DNA from: Calcarisporiella thermophila CBS 279.70
Taxonomy: Eukaryota; Fungi; Calcarisporiellomycota
Reading direction: 5' to 3'
DNA: 64,000 nt
Assembly: GCF_041956535.1 (NCBI RefSeq)
Contig: NW_027192203.1
Coordinates: 62,001-126,000 of the forward strand
The position numbers were made by a program, and so were the translations under genes. The notes under the pieces are model-generated. The model had not been told where the DNA came from. It made no database searches and saw only the letters and a list, made by a program, of their open reading frames with translations. This document shows, in pieces, positions 48,138-61,252 of this stretch (its first letter is position 1; each line of letters starts with the position of its first letter).

Positions 48138-48288
48138 AACATGTATCCATACTTATTTTGACACCTACTTCGCTGTGTACCATCCATTACAAGGTTTATG
48201 AAAACTTCAAAATATAATTTATCTATATTTTATATGAACACAAGAGCAATGAGAATGGACAAAAAGAAAGGGGAGGGTGGAAACGAAA

Positions 48289-48856
48289 TTAATTAGAGGG
48301 CGGTATTGTGGAGGAGGGCTTGGGGGAAGAGGGAGTGGCGGCTTCGCGTTTACTTGCGATGTTCAAGAATTTGTTACAAATCTCGGTCGAGTTCATCATA
48401 GGTACCTCGAGCTTTTGAACTGTGGAGTCAGCTAAGATCCCAGAAATAAGTGCGTCAGCCGTTATCTAAAGAGATTGGATTTGAGAAAAATAAAATGGCT
48501 TACCAAACTCGACTGTAACCGATGGGATGGTACCAGGATCCTTCAATTTTGTCACTACGATTTCAACATTAGGATTATTGTACTGAATGCGCGGTAGATT
48601 CTCGCGAAGAAAATGTCTAGATTCGTGAATGAATATAGGATAAAAAGATGTAAGCATTGCTCTGGTGAAGGCTCGAGTGGGATCTCAATAAAAATTGGTT
48701 GTATGAAACTCACTTTGCTCCCATGCTCTTGTTCTTCCCCTGAAATGCGTAGACAAGCGACACGCGGCGTACATCGGGGCTCAGTTTAACTGCCCCCTGG
48801 CCCTGGATCAGATTATCGATGAGCTTCTGTGTCCGACTGCCTACTAATCTTGCCAT
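48289..48856 (-). CDS. Mitochondrial ribosomal protein Mrp49-like (L51/S25/CI-B8 domain), 3 exons
   Basis: GQGAVKL..V..VSL..., GAK|HFLRENLPRIQYNNPNVEI. Confidence 0.85.
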
Positions 48857-49029
48857 TCTTGAAAATCGTATTCAACAACGAAAATGCAATTCCGAAGTAA
48901 ACATTGGAGATATTGTGACATCGAGGCGCAGCAAGTCACGAGGTTGGCCACCAAGACTTGTTCCCTTTTTCATTTGGAATAAAACTTCACCCCTTCTCAT
49001 GTCATATTTCCTCTTTCAGTCGACATCCC

Positions 49030-50542
49030 ATGGTCATTTCATTGTTACTCCTAGCTCTCTCGACCGCGCAAGCATTAAACATCCAGTTGCCATTCCTTAG
49101 CAACCCTAATTCCATCTCCTCGGCTCTGGCTCCTCAACCATTCACAGGAGAATGGGCCCGCGCTGTCGAATTTTACTACAACGTGCGTGGTCATAAGAAA
49201 AACGATTCAGAGTGTCCAGTCCCTATCCCCAAATTTAAATGTGACATCCCCACATACGATGAAGAAGAGGAGGAAAACGAGAATATACTGAAAAGGGACG
49301 CATGGCATCTAAGACCAAGGGTAAGTCCATATTGGCATTAGCTGTGTGTTGGAGAGAGCAAGTGTTCCTCTGACAGTCGGCGAATTCGTCTAGGACATTA
49401 AAGCGGTAATCACTCTCGGTGACAGCATATCAACCGGATTTGCTATGCTCTCTGGGAGGCCGCCTCTTGCTTCCATGCTTGAATATCGCGGCAAAGTCTT
49501 CTCTATTGGCGGTGATGAAAATGAACTGACCATTGCAAACTTTCTTGCTGCCTACTCGCCCAATCTGCGTGGCGCGCCAACCGATTATACTGCGCCATTC
49601 AGCATTGGAAAGGGCCTGAATGACGCTGTCAGCGGATCCATTGCCGGCTCGTTGAAGTACCAGGTCGACCGCCTTGTGGAGCAAATGCAAACGGAATTCC
49701 GCGATGTGAAAAGAAAGTGGAAACTTATCACCATCTTAATCGGGGCCAACGATGTGTGCGAAGCGTGCGTGGGGGATAAAATTCCCAATCCTCTCTCACA
49801 GCCTGATGTGTTTGAGAAGGAGTTGAGGCAGACGCTGAATAAGTTAAGGAAGGAGGTGGGATATGCTTTTGTGAATATAGTGGGGCTATTTAATGTATGT
49901 ATGGTTTGGGCTCAGTTTATGCTTCATTGAATGACTAATTTGACGCTCCACCAGGTTTCCAACGTGTATCTTGCAGCCCAGAACGACTCCTACTGTAAAT
50001 TTCTTTTTGAATGGGCACACCTCAATCCCTGTCGATGTGCTAGCGATAACGTAGATCATCGAAATTGTGAGTTGGCTTTTTTTTTATATCTTCTCTTTCC
50101 TCGACTCCAGCCCATCAGGTTTAAGTACTCAATGGCTTCTTATTTGTATTGCAATCTTGGATTCTAGATGCGGACGAGCTTACCCGAGAATACAATCGTC
50201 GGATGCGTCTTGTTGCTAGTGAGTTTTCGAACGCTACCGATTTTGCGGTGGTTGTGCAGCCTGGCCTCATGGACATTGACCCGACCAAATATGGGCAGGC
50301 GTTTTTAAGCGGACTGGACTGTTTCCATCCGAACCATTGCGCACAAAAAGTGATGGCCGTAGCAATATGGAACGTAAGTATGGCATTTAGGTTTAGATAA
50401 TCCTGCCGATTGCCGGCGCTGAGCTTGTCGCCCATCTTGTGCTTTTGCTTAGAATATGTTATCGCCCGTGAGCGAAAAGAGGCAAGTGGACGCGGAGACC
50501 TTGGATATTTATTGTCCTGGCCCATATGATGTCATCCAATGA
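49030..50542 (+). CDS. Secreted phospholipase B1-like GDSL/SGNH lipase (multi-exon)
   Basis: Signal peptide; HLRPR|DIKAVITLGDSI, EYRGKVFSIGG, WKLITILIGANDVC, DCFHPN. Confidence 0.92.
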
Positions 50543-50928
50543 AACCATTTCACCCCTCCCTGCTCTATTTATATGTGTCGATCGCTTAATCTAGATACAA
50601 GCTCCCTTATAGCAGTTAATATACACACTCATAATATCGGAAAGACGCGGATCGCACACACAAGTGCTCGTTAGTCGTTACAGAAAGATGTACAGCATTC
50701 TGTTCTTTGTAATTTTTACCATGCTGCCTTATTTTTGCATACACGCCTATCTATCTAACTATCTAGCTAGCATCTAATCTATATACATTGTACGCTTTAT
50801 TTAAGAGTGAAGTACGCATTATACATGGTTGAATATGGCAATAAAGAGAATAAGGCACAATACCTATATAGAAGTCCAAAACGTGAGCGGAAATAAATAA
50901 TACAAAGGAGAGTGAACAGACATGTGGA

Positions 50929-52164
50929 TCACAGTGCGCTTGTGCTCACTAGCCTTCCGCCCACGAGTTTCTCGGAGAATTCCCAGAGCCGCCTGGCGAG
51001 TTCGGGGTCGCGGGCACGCTTGGAGGGAGTATAAAGCTAACGAGGGGGGGGGGGAGAGGAGGAGAGAAATGAGACTCGGATTAGTACATTCCATGGGGGC
51101 ATGGTTGAGGTGTCGTCTGAATACCTTGGCTATGGGGATAAAATACTTGTTGTGGTAATCCTTTTCGTCTATTTCCGGGCTAGTGGCCACGTAAAGCTGC
51201 GTGAGCGACCCGTTATCCGTGTCGAGGGTGGTTACAAAGAGCTTGGCCGTCAGATCATAGATGAAGCGGCGGAGGGGCGAGAGGTGACGAGTCAGATCAG
51301 ACTAAGTGGGGAGAAGAGGATGGATCCACGGTTAGAGCATGCACAGGCAAGCCAATGGGGGGCGAGCCAATGCGGCATAGGAATTGTCATACAGAAAACG
51401 CGGCATTGCCCCCTTCTTATTATTTACCTCGACGGTCCCGGGATGCACCGAGTTGACCCTTACATTGGTGATGCCTTTCTCGCGCAATCGCCGATCGAGT
51501 TCACTGGCGAATAGCAGGTTGGCCAGCTTGGAGCGCCCGTAGGCCATCATTCTAATGTAGAGTCTAGAGGAGTTGATCTTCTTCAAATCGCACTCTACAC
51601 CCTTGAGCGGCGGGGCGAACTTATGGGCCAGAGAAGACACCACCACTATCCTTGCCGGCGCCGACCGCTCCACCACGGGCATTAGTCTAGTGATGAGCGC
51701 GAAATGCCCAATATGATTTGTGCCGAACTGGATTTCAAAGCCATCCATGGTTAAGCTGTGTGGCGTCGCCATGACTCCCGCATTGGCCATTAAAATGTGG
51801 ATGGGATGACCGAGCGAAGTGTACTTGTCCACGAATTCCTGGATGGAGGCAAGAGAGGCGAGATCAAGGGGAAGAAACTCCAGCTTTCCATTCTGCGTCA
51901 CTTTACGAATATCCTCAATGGCCTCCTTGGCCTTTTGTTCGGATCGGCAAGCGATAATGCTAGTGGAAGAGAGACACAGCATTAGTCCATCACGACAAGA
52001 CAACGACCCCAGCGCCTTCTCTACTATAGCACGTACACGTGGGCATTTTTCTTCGCAAGCTCTCGGGCACACACTTTTCCTATCCCGGTGTTGGCGCCGG
52101 TGATGAGGGCGGTGCGGCCGGCCAAATCGGGGATATCCTCGAAGGTGAAGCGCGGGGGGGGCAT
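50929..52164 (-). CDS. Short-chain dehydrogenase/reductase (retinol dehydrogenase/WWOX-like), multi-exon
   Basis: TGANTGIG, NAGVM, QFGTNHIGHF, YGRSK, VHPG, TQLYVATSPEI, LARRLWEFSE. Confidence 0.93.
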
Positions 52165-53647
52165 GGTGCGGGGGATGTCGTGGAGGGAAGGGGAGAGAGC
52201 ACTTGCAACGAGGACGAGGGGAAATCGAGCGTGCAATTTTAAGGTTGCCCGAGAGAGCCGAGGGGAAGTTCTTGCCGTGTGTCAAACAATATTCCAATAT
52301 GGGCATTGGATGACCAATTTGTTTAGGAAGAGGGGAGCTCGGACGGCGGTTAACCGGGCTTTTCTCCCGTTTTGAAATTATTAAATTACCTGCGAATTGG
52401 AGGCCGCTGGCTCTGCGCGAACTTCTATATCGGTGCAAGCCTGAGGAAAATGCGTGTCTCTTCGAGTTGAAACCCCCCACCTCCCTCCCACACTAAGCCA
52501 TTGGCCGTAGCACTCCGAGGAGAAAGCGAGCCTATGGCATCGGGGACTGGAGCTTGGGCCAAGCTGATCCGTTTGGACATGCGCATGTTAAGACACCCTT
52601 GAATTTGACTTATATAATGGGAATTCCCCCTCTTGAAACCTCGCTGCTCGATCTGATTCTTTCCCGTATTCAATAGGCTCGCCCCTATTAGTTTACTCCT
52701 CGCTCGCTATGAGTTTTACCTCGGTCTATTACTCTCGCTCCCCCAATCTTAGCGATGGCTTGAAACGGAGCGAAGCGAGGATCGCGCATCTTCCAATGCC
52801 GGCCTTGTGCAAGCTGAACGTAACCATGTCTTGGGCTTTGGTAGAATAAAAACCAATAGATCCAATATTCTCCTCCCTATTTCTTGGCCTCACTTGCTAG
52901 GATGCAAGAGTCTAGGAGGAGAAGGTCAATCCTCTGGCATTACAATAGGCTGCCGGCGTACGTATCATGCTTCAAATTCCTGGATATATTAAAGAAGACA
53001 GACCATGGTGATGTCTGATCCCTTGAACGAGGTGAGTCATACGTGTAATCACTCAGGACCCACCAGCCAGTGGCTGCTGGTCTTGTGGAATATAAAATGT
53101 CTAGCCTGTGGCTAATTAATATCGCGTTTTTCCTCCCTTTCTTCCGGGTTGATTGGGGGTTTTCAGCAAAGTTCAGTTTGAACTATGTTCCCTCCTATGC
53201 GCATTTTTCAGTAATAAAGACTGCCTCTCTTAACATGAGAGATGCTTGATCGCTATTGCGCTGCAATATATACTATTGCATCGTAGGCTCGACGTTGGAG
53301 AGGCTATCTCCCATCACGCCAATGTTCGGTATCATCCTCGATGTATTTTCAGTTGCATTATTAATTTGTTTCGTGAAACTATGCAACTTCATATGCGATG
53401 GAATGAAACTTTCTCTGAATTAAACTTGATGACAGTATTACACAAATGATACAGATAGTAGTTCCTCCCAGTATCATCTCTGATTAGACAGATAATTCTT
53501 TATGAACAATGAGCAAACGCTCTCAATTTCCAGATAGGGCTTGTATCAATAAGCATCAAGAAGCGACCAACTGTATTGACTAAAAAGTTTACAATCGAAT
53601 GGGGTTTCTGTCAAAGAAAAATAAATGAGCCATGGTTAGTTACAGCA

Positions 53648-53724
53648 AAGAATGGGCAAGTATCCTCCTAACTCCAGAGAGTTACGGAGATACTTGCCCA
53701 TTCTTCTACAGTGATCTTGTAGAA
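53648..53724. repeat. Long near-perfect hairpin followed by a second small hairpin
   Basis: AAGAATGGGCAAGTATC (53648-53664) pairs with GATACTTGCCCATTCTT (53689-53705), with inner pairing TAACTC/GAGTTA. Then TTCTACA-N7-TGTAGAA. Confidence 0.85.
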
Positions 53725-53785
53725 AGTTAATCTAAATTCGAGTATTTCAATGGAATGGATTGGGTTCCGAAACGCCTATTGATCT

Positions 53786-54360
53786 TCAGCGCGAGATCCT
53801 TTGGCATTTGGCCGTTGCACAGTGTTTGCAAGTCTGCCCCGTTACCACGCATTCATAGCCCTCTTCGCATGGCTGATTGCAAGCTACAGTCAAAATGGAG
53901 GGGAAAGGGAAGTGTTATGGGATTCGCACGGCCATGGTCATTCATGGAACTTACTGGGGACCACCTGCGCACAAAACACACAGCTCTCAACACACTTCGC
54001 CGTGGCACACCGATGGCATGTTTGTGGGAAAACTTGACACTCGAACCCCTTTGGGCAAGGTTCCCGGCAAGTTGGCATCACTTGAATGCAAATGACGCAT
54101 CTCGAAGTCTCGGACCGGACGCACCAGGCCCTGGCGCATCTTCTGCATGTCCGAGGAATTACTTTGCATTCATATCCGTCCTCGCAAGTCTCGCTGCACT
54201 CAGGCCTTCGCCGGGGACACGACAAACACACGTCCCGATCATCATATGGGTCCAATATGAGTCTTGTGGGAAGTGTGCCATTTGGAGTCCCCTTAGCAAA
54301 ACCAGCTTGCACTAATACTCCAAGGAGAAGGAGGACAACTAGAAAGAGCTTGTGGTGCAT
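53786..54360 (-). CDS. Secreted cysteine-rich protein A with three 8-Cys (Opy2-like) repeats, 2 exons
   Basis: Signal peptide, then 3 x C-x2-C-x6-C-x3-C-x5-C-x6-C-x2-C-x4-C. Intron 53884-53954 lies inside repeat 3. Confidence 0.88.
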
Positions 54361-55518
54361 AGTTCGACAGTTCTCTTGAAATGCGGGGGGTTAGCGGTTG
54401 AAAATTTGCCACGAATTAAGTTGAAACCGAATTTTAAGTGGCTCATTCCCACTTTTATAGAGCTAAATTAATTAAATATTCATGGAATTTTCGATTCTCA
54501 TTTTGAGGAACGAGAGAGGCGGGAGAAAAGAGAAGTCAATATAATAATATGTTTCTAGCGCCCTCTAGTTAAGCTTTCCAAGTTCCGTTTCCCCCCATAT
54601 CATAAACAATCCGTACGTATTCAAGAGAGAAAGATCATGATTCTCTTGCAATGATCAGAGAGAGGATATTTCCCTATTACTATGTAAAATGATAGTTCAT
54701 CAATCCTCTCTCCCCGCCCCCCTCCTCTCCCTGCCAGAGCATACATTATGAACCGATGCTTCTAGCAAATTCGGTCAAATTTGATGGCTTCTTACAATTC
54801 TTTAAGGGAGGGCTGCATATAATAGATATATCAGGGGTGGGGAGGGCGCGGGATATCAAGACATTGTTTTTCGTCCCACCGACGACAAGTTCCGACAAGT
54901 TTTTCAAACAGAGCCTGGCGGCCTACAATCTGAAATTTTTAATGATAGATTTAGATGGAAAGGGTTTCTCGGCTTGGAAGGTGGTGCTTAACAGATAATC
55001 TATTCCATCGAGGAAATAAAAAGACGTGAGGGATGAAATGGACCATTAATGCGTTCCCCTGGGAAAAATCGGCTTTTCGTGGGACTCGGCTTTTCTTTTG
55101 CGTGGAATAATGTTTTTAACTCTAAAATTTCAACAAAGACTGCCCAAATTGGACATGCTTTCAGATGTATAACCCTATTGGAAAAAAAAATAAAGCTACT
55201 TTTTTATAATTAAATGCTTATAGGGAACAGAGAAAGATTGCTTTTGGGGGGGACAAAATTATTGTCGAGCAAATATCTAGGAGTGGTCAAGGGGCGATTT
55301 TCAAAATAAATAAATATAAAGGTTTTGCGGGGAATAGTAATAATAATACTAAAACTAGATACAGGGATATTTATATATTCCTCCCACGAAAAAAAAATTT
55401 TTTTGGTAATAAATAAATATTATGCTCTGTATATTTTTTTTAGGTATCTATGAGGGAAGAGGGAGAGAGTGAAGCGATAGGGATGGGGAGGGTGGGAACG
55501 ATTTCCCTTTTCTTTTTT

Positions 55519-56103
55519 TTAGTTCTTGACCTTCAAGCACTGGGCCGTCGCGCACTTGTCACAAGTTTGCTTCGACACGACGCACTCATAACCCTGCTGG
55601 CACGGCTTTTCACAGGCTAAGTGAGAGAGAATGAAATCAGTCAGAATAGGTTTGGTTGTCAAGTCTCATCAATGGAACATACTGGGCTCACGAAGGGCGC
55701 ACATGACGCAGCCCTTGACACACTTTGCGGTTGCGCATTGGGTGCAGGTGCGAGGGAATACTTTGCATTCGTAGCCACTTTGGCATGGCTCTTGGCAGCG
55801 CGGCACCATCCCGGTGCAGACCTTGCAGCCTCGGGGACTCTTGGAAGACTTGACCCGGACGCATCTGGCCGTCGCACACTTTGTGCAGGTCTGGGGGGTG
55901 ACTTGGCACTCATACCCGGCCTTGCACGGCCCGGTGCAGTTGGGGTAGATCTGAGGGCAGATCACACACTGCTTCTCGACGTTGGGGGACATCTCAGAGG
56001 TGGATGCAGATGAAGTTTGGGACGAGCCTGCAGGAGCATCCTGAGCAAGCACACCAAGAGCAAGAGCAGCCAATGCGACAATGGAGAAAAGGTTACGGGC
56101 CAT
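55519..56103 (-). CDS. Secreted cysteine-rich protein B with three 8-Cys (Opy2-like) repeats, 2 exons; tandem paralog of A
   Basis: Signal peptide MARNLFSIVALAALALGVLA, identical Cys spacing and the same intron position as gene A. Confidence 0.88.
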
Positions 56104-59035
56104 GGTAAATTTGATGGTAGATGAGTTGGTTGTTTTTTGGTGGGGTTGCTTGGAGAAGATGTTGTTTTGAGAGTGAGAGAGGAGAAAGCTGATGAGAGTG
56201 TCCTCCGGGATGCCGCTCGTCCCCCTTTTATAGAGATGGAGGGGGAGGAGGAGAATTTCGCCCCTCCAAAAAAACTCCTTCTCCAAACTTTCTCGCCGAG
56301 TTTAAGATACAAACATAAAATGAACTTTCCACTATAGGGTGAACCATAATGACAAGCTTTTGCTCCTTCTAGTGGAGGCCAAACAAGCACCAGGAAGAGG
56401 AATAGGTTTGTGGCTTCTTCCCCCATTGTCAGTCTTGTAGAGTTTCCTCGGCTCACTAGGTCGCACGGCGCTAGTTAAGTTCACCGAAGCTCGGAATTGA
56501 GAACCCGCATTACTGTTCCATGTTCCATTTCAAACGCCGCGAGCCAAACTAGTTACTCAATTCATAGTCGCTCCATGCACAAGGTTGGTCGCCGGCTATG
56601 GCTCTACACACGGAGCATGGCTCGGAAACGCGCTGCAGCGGGATCTCCCTCTCCTACACTACGGCTCCGCTTCAACGAGCCCTCCCAGCCTAATGGATCA
56701 GGTCATTATCATTTCATGTTTGTCAGCGAAGAGCTTCTCTTTTCACACCACGTTGGTTGGCGTGTAATTGTTTGCGTGATTCTTCCAATGAAACTGAGAA
56801 GAAGAAAAAATAGAGCATCGAAAAATAAACGCAGGCCTGATGCTTTAGATTTATTAGTATAAACTTTCTACGAGTGGGCAAAAATAGATATACAAGCAAA
56901 ATAGAACCCATTTTTGAATTGCCATTTCTCGCCCCATCGATTTATGTGAGCCAAAGCACTACAAAGATGCACATTCGGGTTCCCACACGAGAGCGAGTAG
57001 CGGTTTCCCATTGAGAGTTTTATTTACGTTCTAAAAACGAAAAATCTTGGTGCGGAAACGCGGAATCAAGGAGAGTCCAAAGGGATGCTGCCCATACCCA
57101 GCCCTAGACAGCTCCCAAGGAGGACTCATCGAGACTCGGAAGCCGACCCGCCTAGTGGCAGCTAACCAGCCTATTGGGCCTATTGCGGTTTCCACTGCGC
57201 CTAGGACTAATCAGATCCACGCCCTCGCCGTGATGTCGGAGAGGGAGAGTCGGACTGGTTCACCTCAGGAGAACAAGGTTTATTGTTGCTTAAACGAGGA
57301 GGTGTCGGCTCTCCATGGTCGGGAACCAAGCTCAAATAGAGCCGGGTAATTCCGTGGATGAGTCGCCCGATTATATTCACTCCACAGAGGCTGGCGCTTG
57401 AAACTCTGAAAACCACCTTTCCCTTTAGACTCAGTCCCTTTCTTTAATGGGTGTTGCTCTTTCTTCACGCCATAAGGAGCTGGGTTTGAATGGCTCGCAA
57501 CCTCAAGCGCCATATCTCAAGGGAGTCGAAGCTTTAGGAAGGGGGCGTCCTCCTGGCTCTCCTTCAGCGAGCGGGTCCCCACGAATTATACCCTTTTTTC
57601 ACAGGCATTCTCTCGCCATGAAGGTTCCAAGGGCTTCCGAGAGGGTATTACGACACGTTCCTCTCGTTCGCCGCCGGCTATTGGTGGGGGGAGGGAAGAG
57701 CCTGACCAGTGTCCCGGTTTGACAGCTAAAGGAGTAGGTAATACTGCTCGCTGTAATACTTCCCATATTCTAACTTGGTAAAACTCAATCAAATGCCATT
57801 GTTTCCTGGTGTGCTTCTCAAAACGAATCCTTCCCACCTACACGGACCCACCAAACTCAAACCAGATTAGGCTTTTTTTTGTTTACGTTTACGGCCTCTA
57901 AAGAGACCAATGCTCTTCTTCTCCCCCCACAATGCATCCCCGAATTGGCCCGCATCCTCTCTGATTGACTTTCATTCTTTGTTTTTCGGAAGACTTCTAT
58001 TTTCTAAATGGGTGGATCGGTGTGCGGCCACAGATCAAAATTAGCACGTTCGCGCGGATGCCCAATAGGATGATCCTGGCAAATGAGGGTGCACCAGAAT
58101 TTATCGTCGAGAGGAGTGAATAATCTGGGCTTTCTGCGTTCTACGCATTTCAAAGAGCAGTAAAAGCCCAAAGGATATCGTTCATGTTCTGTTTGAATCC
58201 TCTTTCGAAAAAGGAAAACAGGTGGGGAAGGGGGCCCACCCAATCCGATCTGAGTAATGAGCTTAGCATCCCCTATTTTTTTCCACGCTGATTTTCCGCG
58301 CATAATAATGAAACTCTTTTGACTCTTGTGTACTGCACCTTGAAGGTTCGCACAAACCTAATACCTGGATCCAGAGGGAACCAATGGCGGCTGAAGCTGG
58401 GGCCACTGTGGGATTTTGAGCTTGTTTAGCCGGAGAAAGCAGCTTAGAGGGAAGAACGAGGGGAGCTGGGGGAGACTCATGGAAGGGGGAATGAGACGAT
58501 CTAAGAAGCGTGAAGCATGGGCCGACCCTGCCTCCTCCATAAGGCGATGCTTAGAAATGCTCTTAGGAACCGGGGCCAGTTATGGGGAGAAAGCAAAAAT
58601 ACAGGAGGTCAACGCCCCAGTGTCGGCGTAATATTTTTCACCGTTTATTTCGCCAAGAGAATGACAAAACAAAGTAGAATACTCCCAGTAGAATGTAAAA
58701 GAAAGCATGGACAGTTTTCTGATTAGAATTTTTTATCAAAATTCTATCAGCATATTGTTTTTAACATCGGCTATGCCCACGGCACAACAAATAAAGGTTG
58801 CTTTAGAAAAAAACTTCGCTTTTCCGCATGCCCTACCCCATCTTTACGTGAGAATGACTTAGTTTATTAGTATCCAAGAATACACACAAAATGGCAAGAA
58901 GAAAAAAAAGAGTTAAGATGAGGAAAATAGATAGAGAGGCAATATGAATACTTGACAATTTTTGAGGAAAAAAAAAGTGAATAGAAACGTGTATATCTTT
59001 TGTTGAAACAGATAGCTGCTATGTATCTCCTATAT

Positions 59036-60503
59036 TCACAATAAACCAACCTCTCTAAGGCTGGACTGCACAAGAATATCGTTCACCGAGGACATGATGA
59101 TTCTAATCTGCTGTGTATCGGTCGCGCATGTGAAATGTGTATAGATCTTACGAGAGAAAGAGAGAGAATGGAAAAAGGGGTTATTCAGCGAGGTGAAAAG
59201 AAAAATTACGGAACGCATTTTTTCTCCTATATTCTTCCTCCCTCTTACCTGTTTGCTTTCGGATCGATTCAATGCTACAAACCGATTCAGGAAATATTCG
59301 CAAGCAGAGTCGTAGTCCTGGCCGCCAGTGTAGTCTGGGAAATGTGCGTTTAAGGGGGAGGTGAGCAGCTTTTCGCGGAAGAGGTCGATCTTGTTCAAGA
59401 AGAGGATGATGCTTGTGTTCACAAACCACCTTTGTCAGGGGGACCAGAGAGGACGGTCGGTAAGTAGGGTCTCGGACTGTGATTCCTTCTGTATAGCTTA
59501 CCTCGAGTTGCAAATTGAATCAAACAGCGTCAGGGCCTCCTGCATCCGGTTCACTGACTCGTCCTCGCGCAGATTTTGGTCGTATTCCGAGATGGCCACG
59601 AGGAAGATAATGGCTGTCACGTTTTCGAAGCAATGGATCCATTTTTTGCGCTCACTTCGCTGGCCTCCCACGTCGAACACACGGTAAGTGATGTCGCCCA
59701 CATGGAAGGTCGCCTCAGTGATGCCGGTTGTCTTGACGCGGGAGCGCAGCACATCCTGATCCGTGGGGATATAGTTGGGCTGAGAGATCCGCTCGATGGA
59801 GTCAAAGTAGCTTTAGGCAGAAAGGCAAAAAAAAAACAAGTATAAGTAAAACTAGTAAATCAAATCATTGCCTATAGCACGGGGATAAAAAAGCAGTCCA
59901 TGGCTGAAGAAGGAGAAAACCCAATTTGTTTTTTTCATTTTTCCATAAAATATGAAACATACTATCTTGCCGAATCGTTCAATTGATATTCCCGGGAACG
60001 CTTCTGGCATTCGCGCACGCCAGCATCGCCCCAGAGCTCCCGAATGGCCACCGCAATGGCGGCCGGCATTGCATCCCCCTCAAACTGAGTCTGTTCGGCC
60101 GCAAGCAGGGTCGAGACATGCGCCTCGTTAGAGGGATTGGCTAGAGTTATTCCCAAGTCCTTCATGGCGGTTAGGACCACTCGCATTGACTGGTAGGTGT
60201 TGACAAAAATGATCTCGCGGAAGCTCAGTCGTTCGTCTTGGCTATAGCTCCCCTCGTTGATGAGTTTGAGCTGTTTGAGAATGGTCGATTTACCACTCTC
60301 TCCCGCCCCTAAAGAATTGGGAATTAGAATGTCAGGCATTTCCTTATTCATATAGAAGGGGGCCGTCAAACTAGGTAGGCAGTACCGAGAAGCAACATCT
60401 TGACTTCATTTCGCATGTTCATGCGATCGCGACGCAGCTGATTTTCTATTTCATCATTGCGCCTAATCCGCTCCTTATCCTCCGTGCTCATACAGCATCC
60501 CAT
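59036..60503 (-). CDS. Heterotrimeric G-protein alpha subunit, fungal class I (Gi-like), multi-exon
   Basis: MGCCMS lipidation motif, [51 protein letters not shown]. Confidence 0.97.
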
Positions 60504-61252
60504 GGTGTGGAAAACGGCAGTAACTGGTTATCTCTAAGTGCGCGAAGACAAGACAAAATAAAAAAGGCCGAGAGAAGGAAAGAAGAATAGTTATGAAGGA
60601 TACGAAGCAGCGGTATGAAGTAGGAGAAAGCAGAAGAGAAAGAGAGAGAGCTTAGAGAAGAGGCAAAGAGAAGGCTGTGGTAGGGATGGGAAAAAAAGGA
60701 ATGAGGATAACAAAAACAGGACTTGACGGGGAGGATGAGCATTTTTAATGATATATAAAACAAAAAGGTGCAAACGGGTTTCAGTGCTTTGTTCTCTGTT
60801 CAAACTCTAAAAAACCGGAGTTCACGATTTAGGTTAGATCTCCTATGATTTTCTGGGCGTTGGGAGGATTGACCGGTAAACTTGTTTATATAACTTTTTT
60901 GGCAATAAGATTCCTACAAAGTGTTTGAAATGAAATAAACAGGTACACATATCAAAAAAAAAATATATGGAGAGAAGGGAGGGGAGGGAAAAAAAAGGCA
61001 AGCACGCCCGGGTATAGGCATCTGAGCACACTCAATAAGGGAAGAAAATGGCCAGGTGGGGAGAGAAGCAGTGCACTAATCAATAAAAAGAAATAAATTA
61101 TGTCGTTTAACACATTTACAAACATAAAGTGACGAGCAGTATTATAACATATATAGAAGAATGAGATTAAAGGGAGAAGAGAGGAAGGAAGGAAAAGGGA
61201 GGGAAGAAGGGGGAGAGGATGCAGATAAAGGAAAAGAACACTGGGAGCGCCA

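Noticed and set aside
52697-52781. 12-13 bp inverted repeat upstream of the SDR gene
   Set aside because: Short, with no TSD or second copy; could be chance.
57692-57880. RNase P-like P4 pairing (GGAAGAGCCTGA / ATTAGGCTTT)
   Set aside because: Spacing is too short and CR-II to CR-IV motifs are not identifiable; kept only as part of the generic structured-RNA finding.
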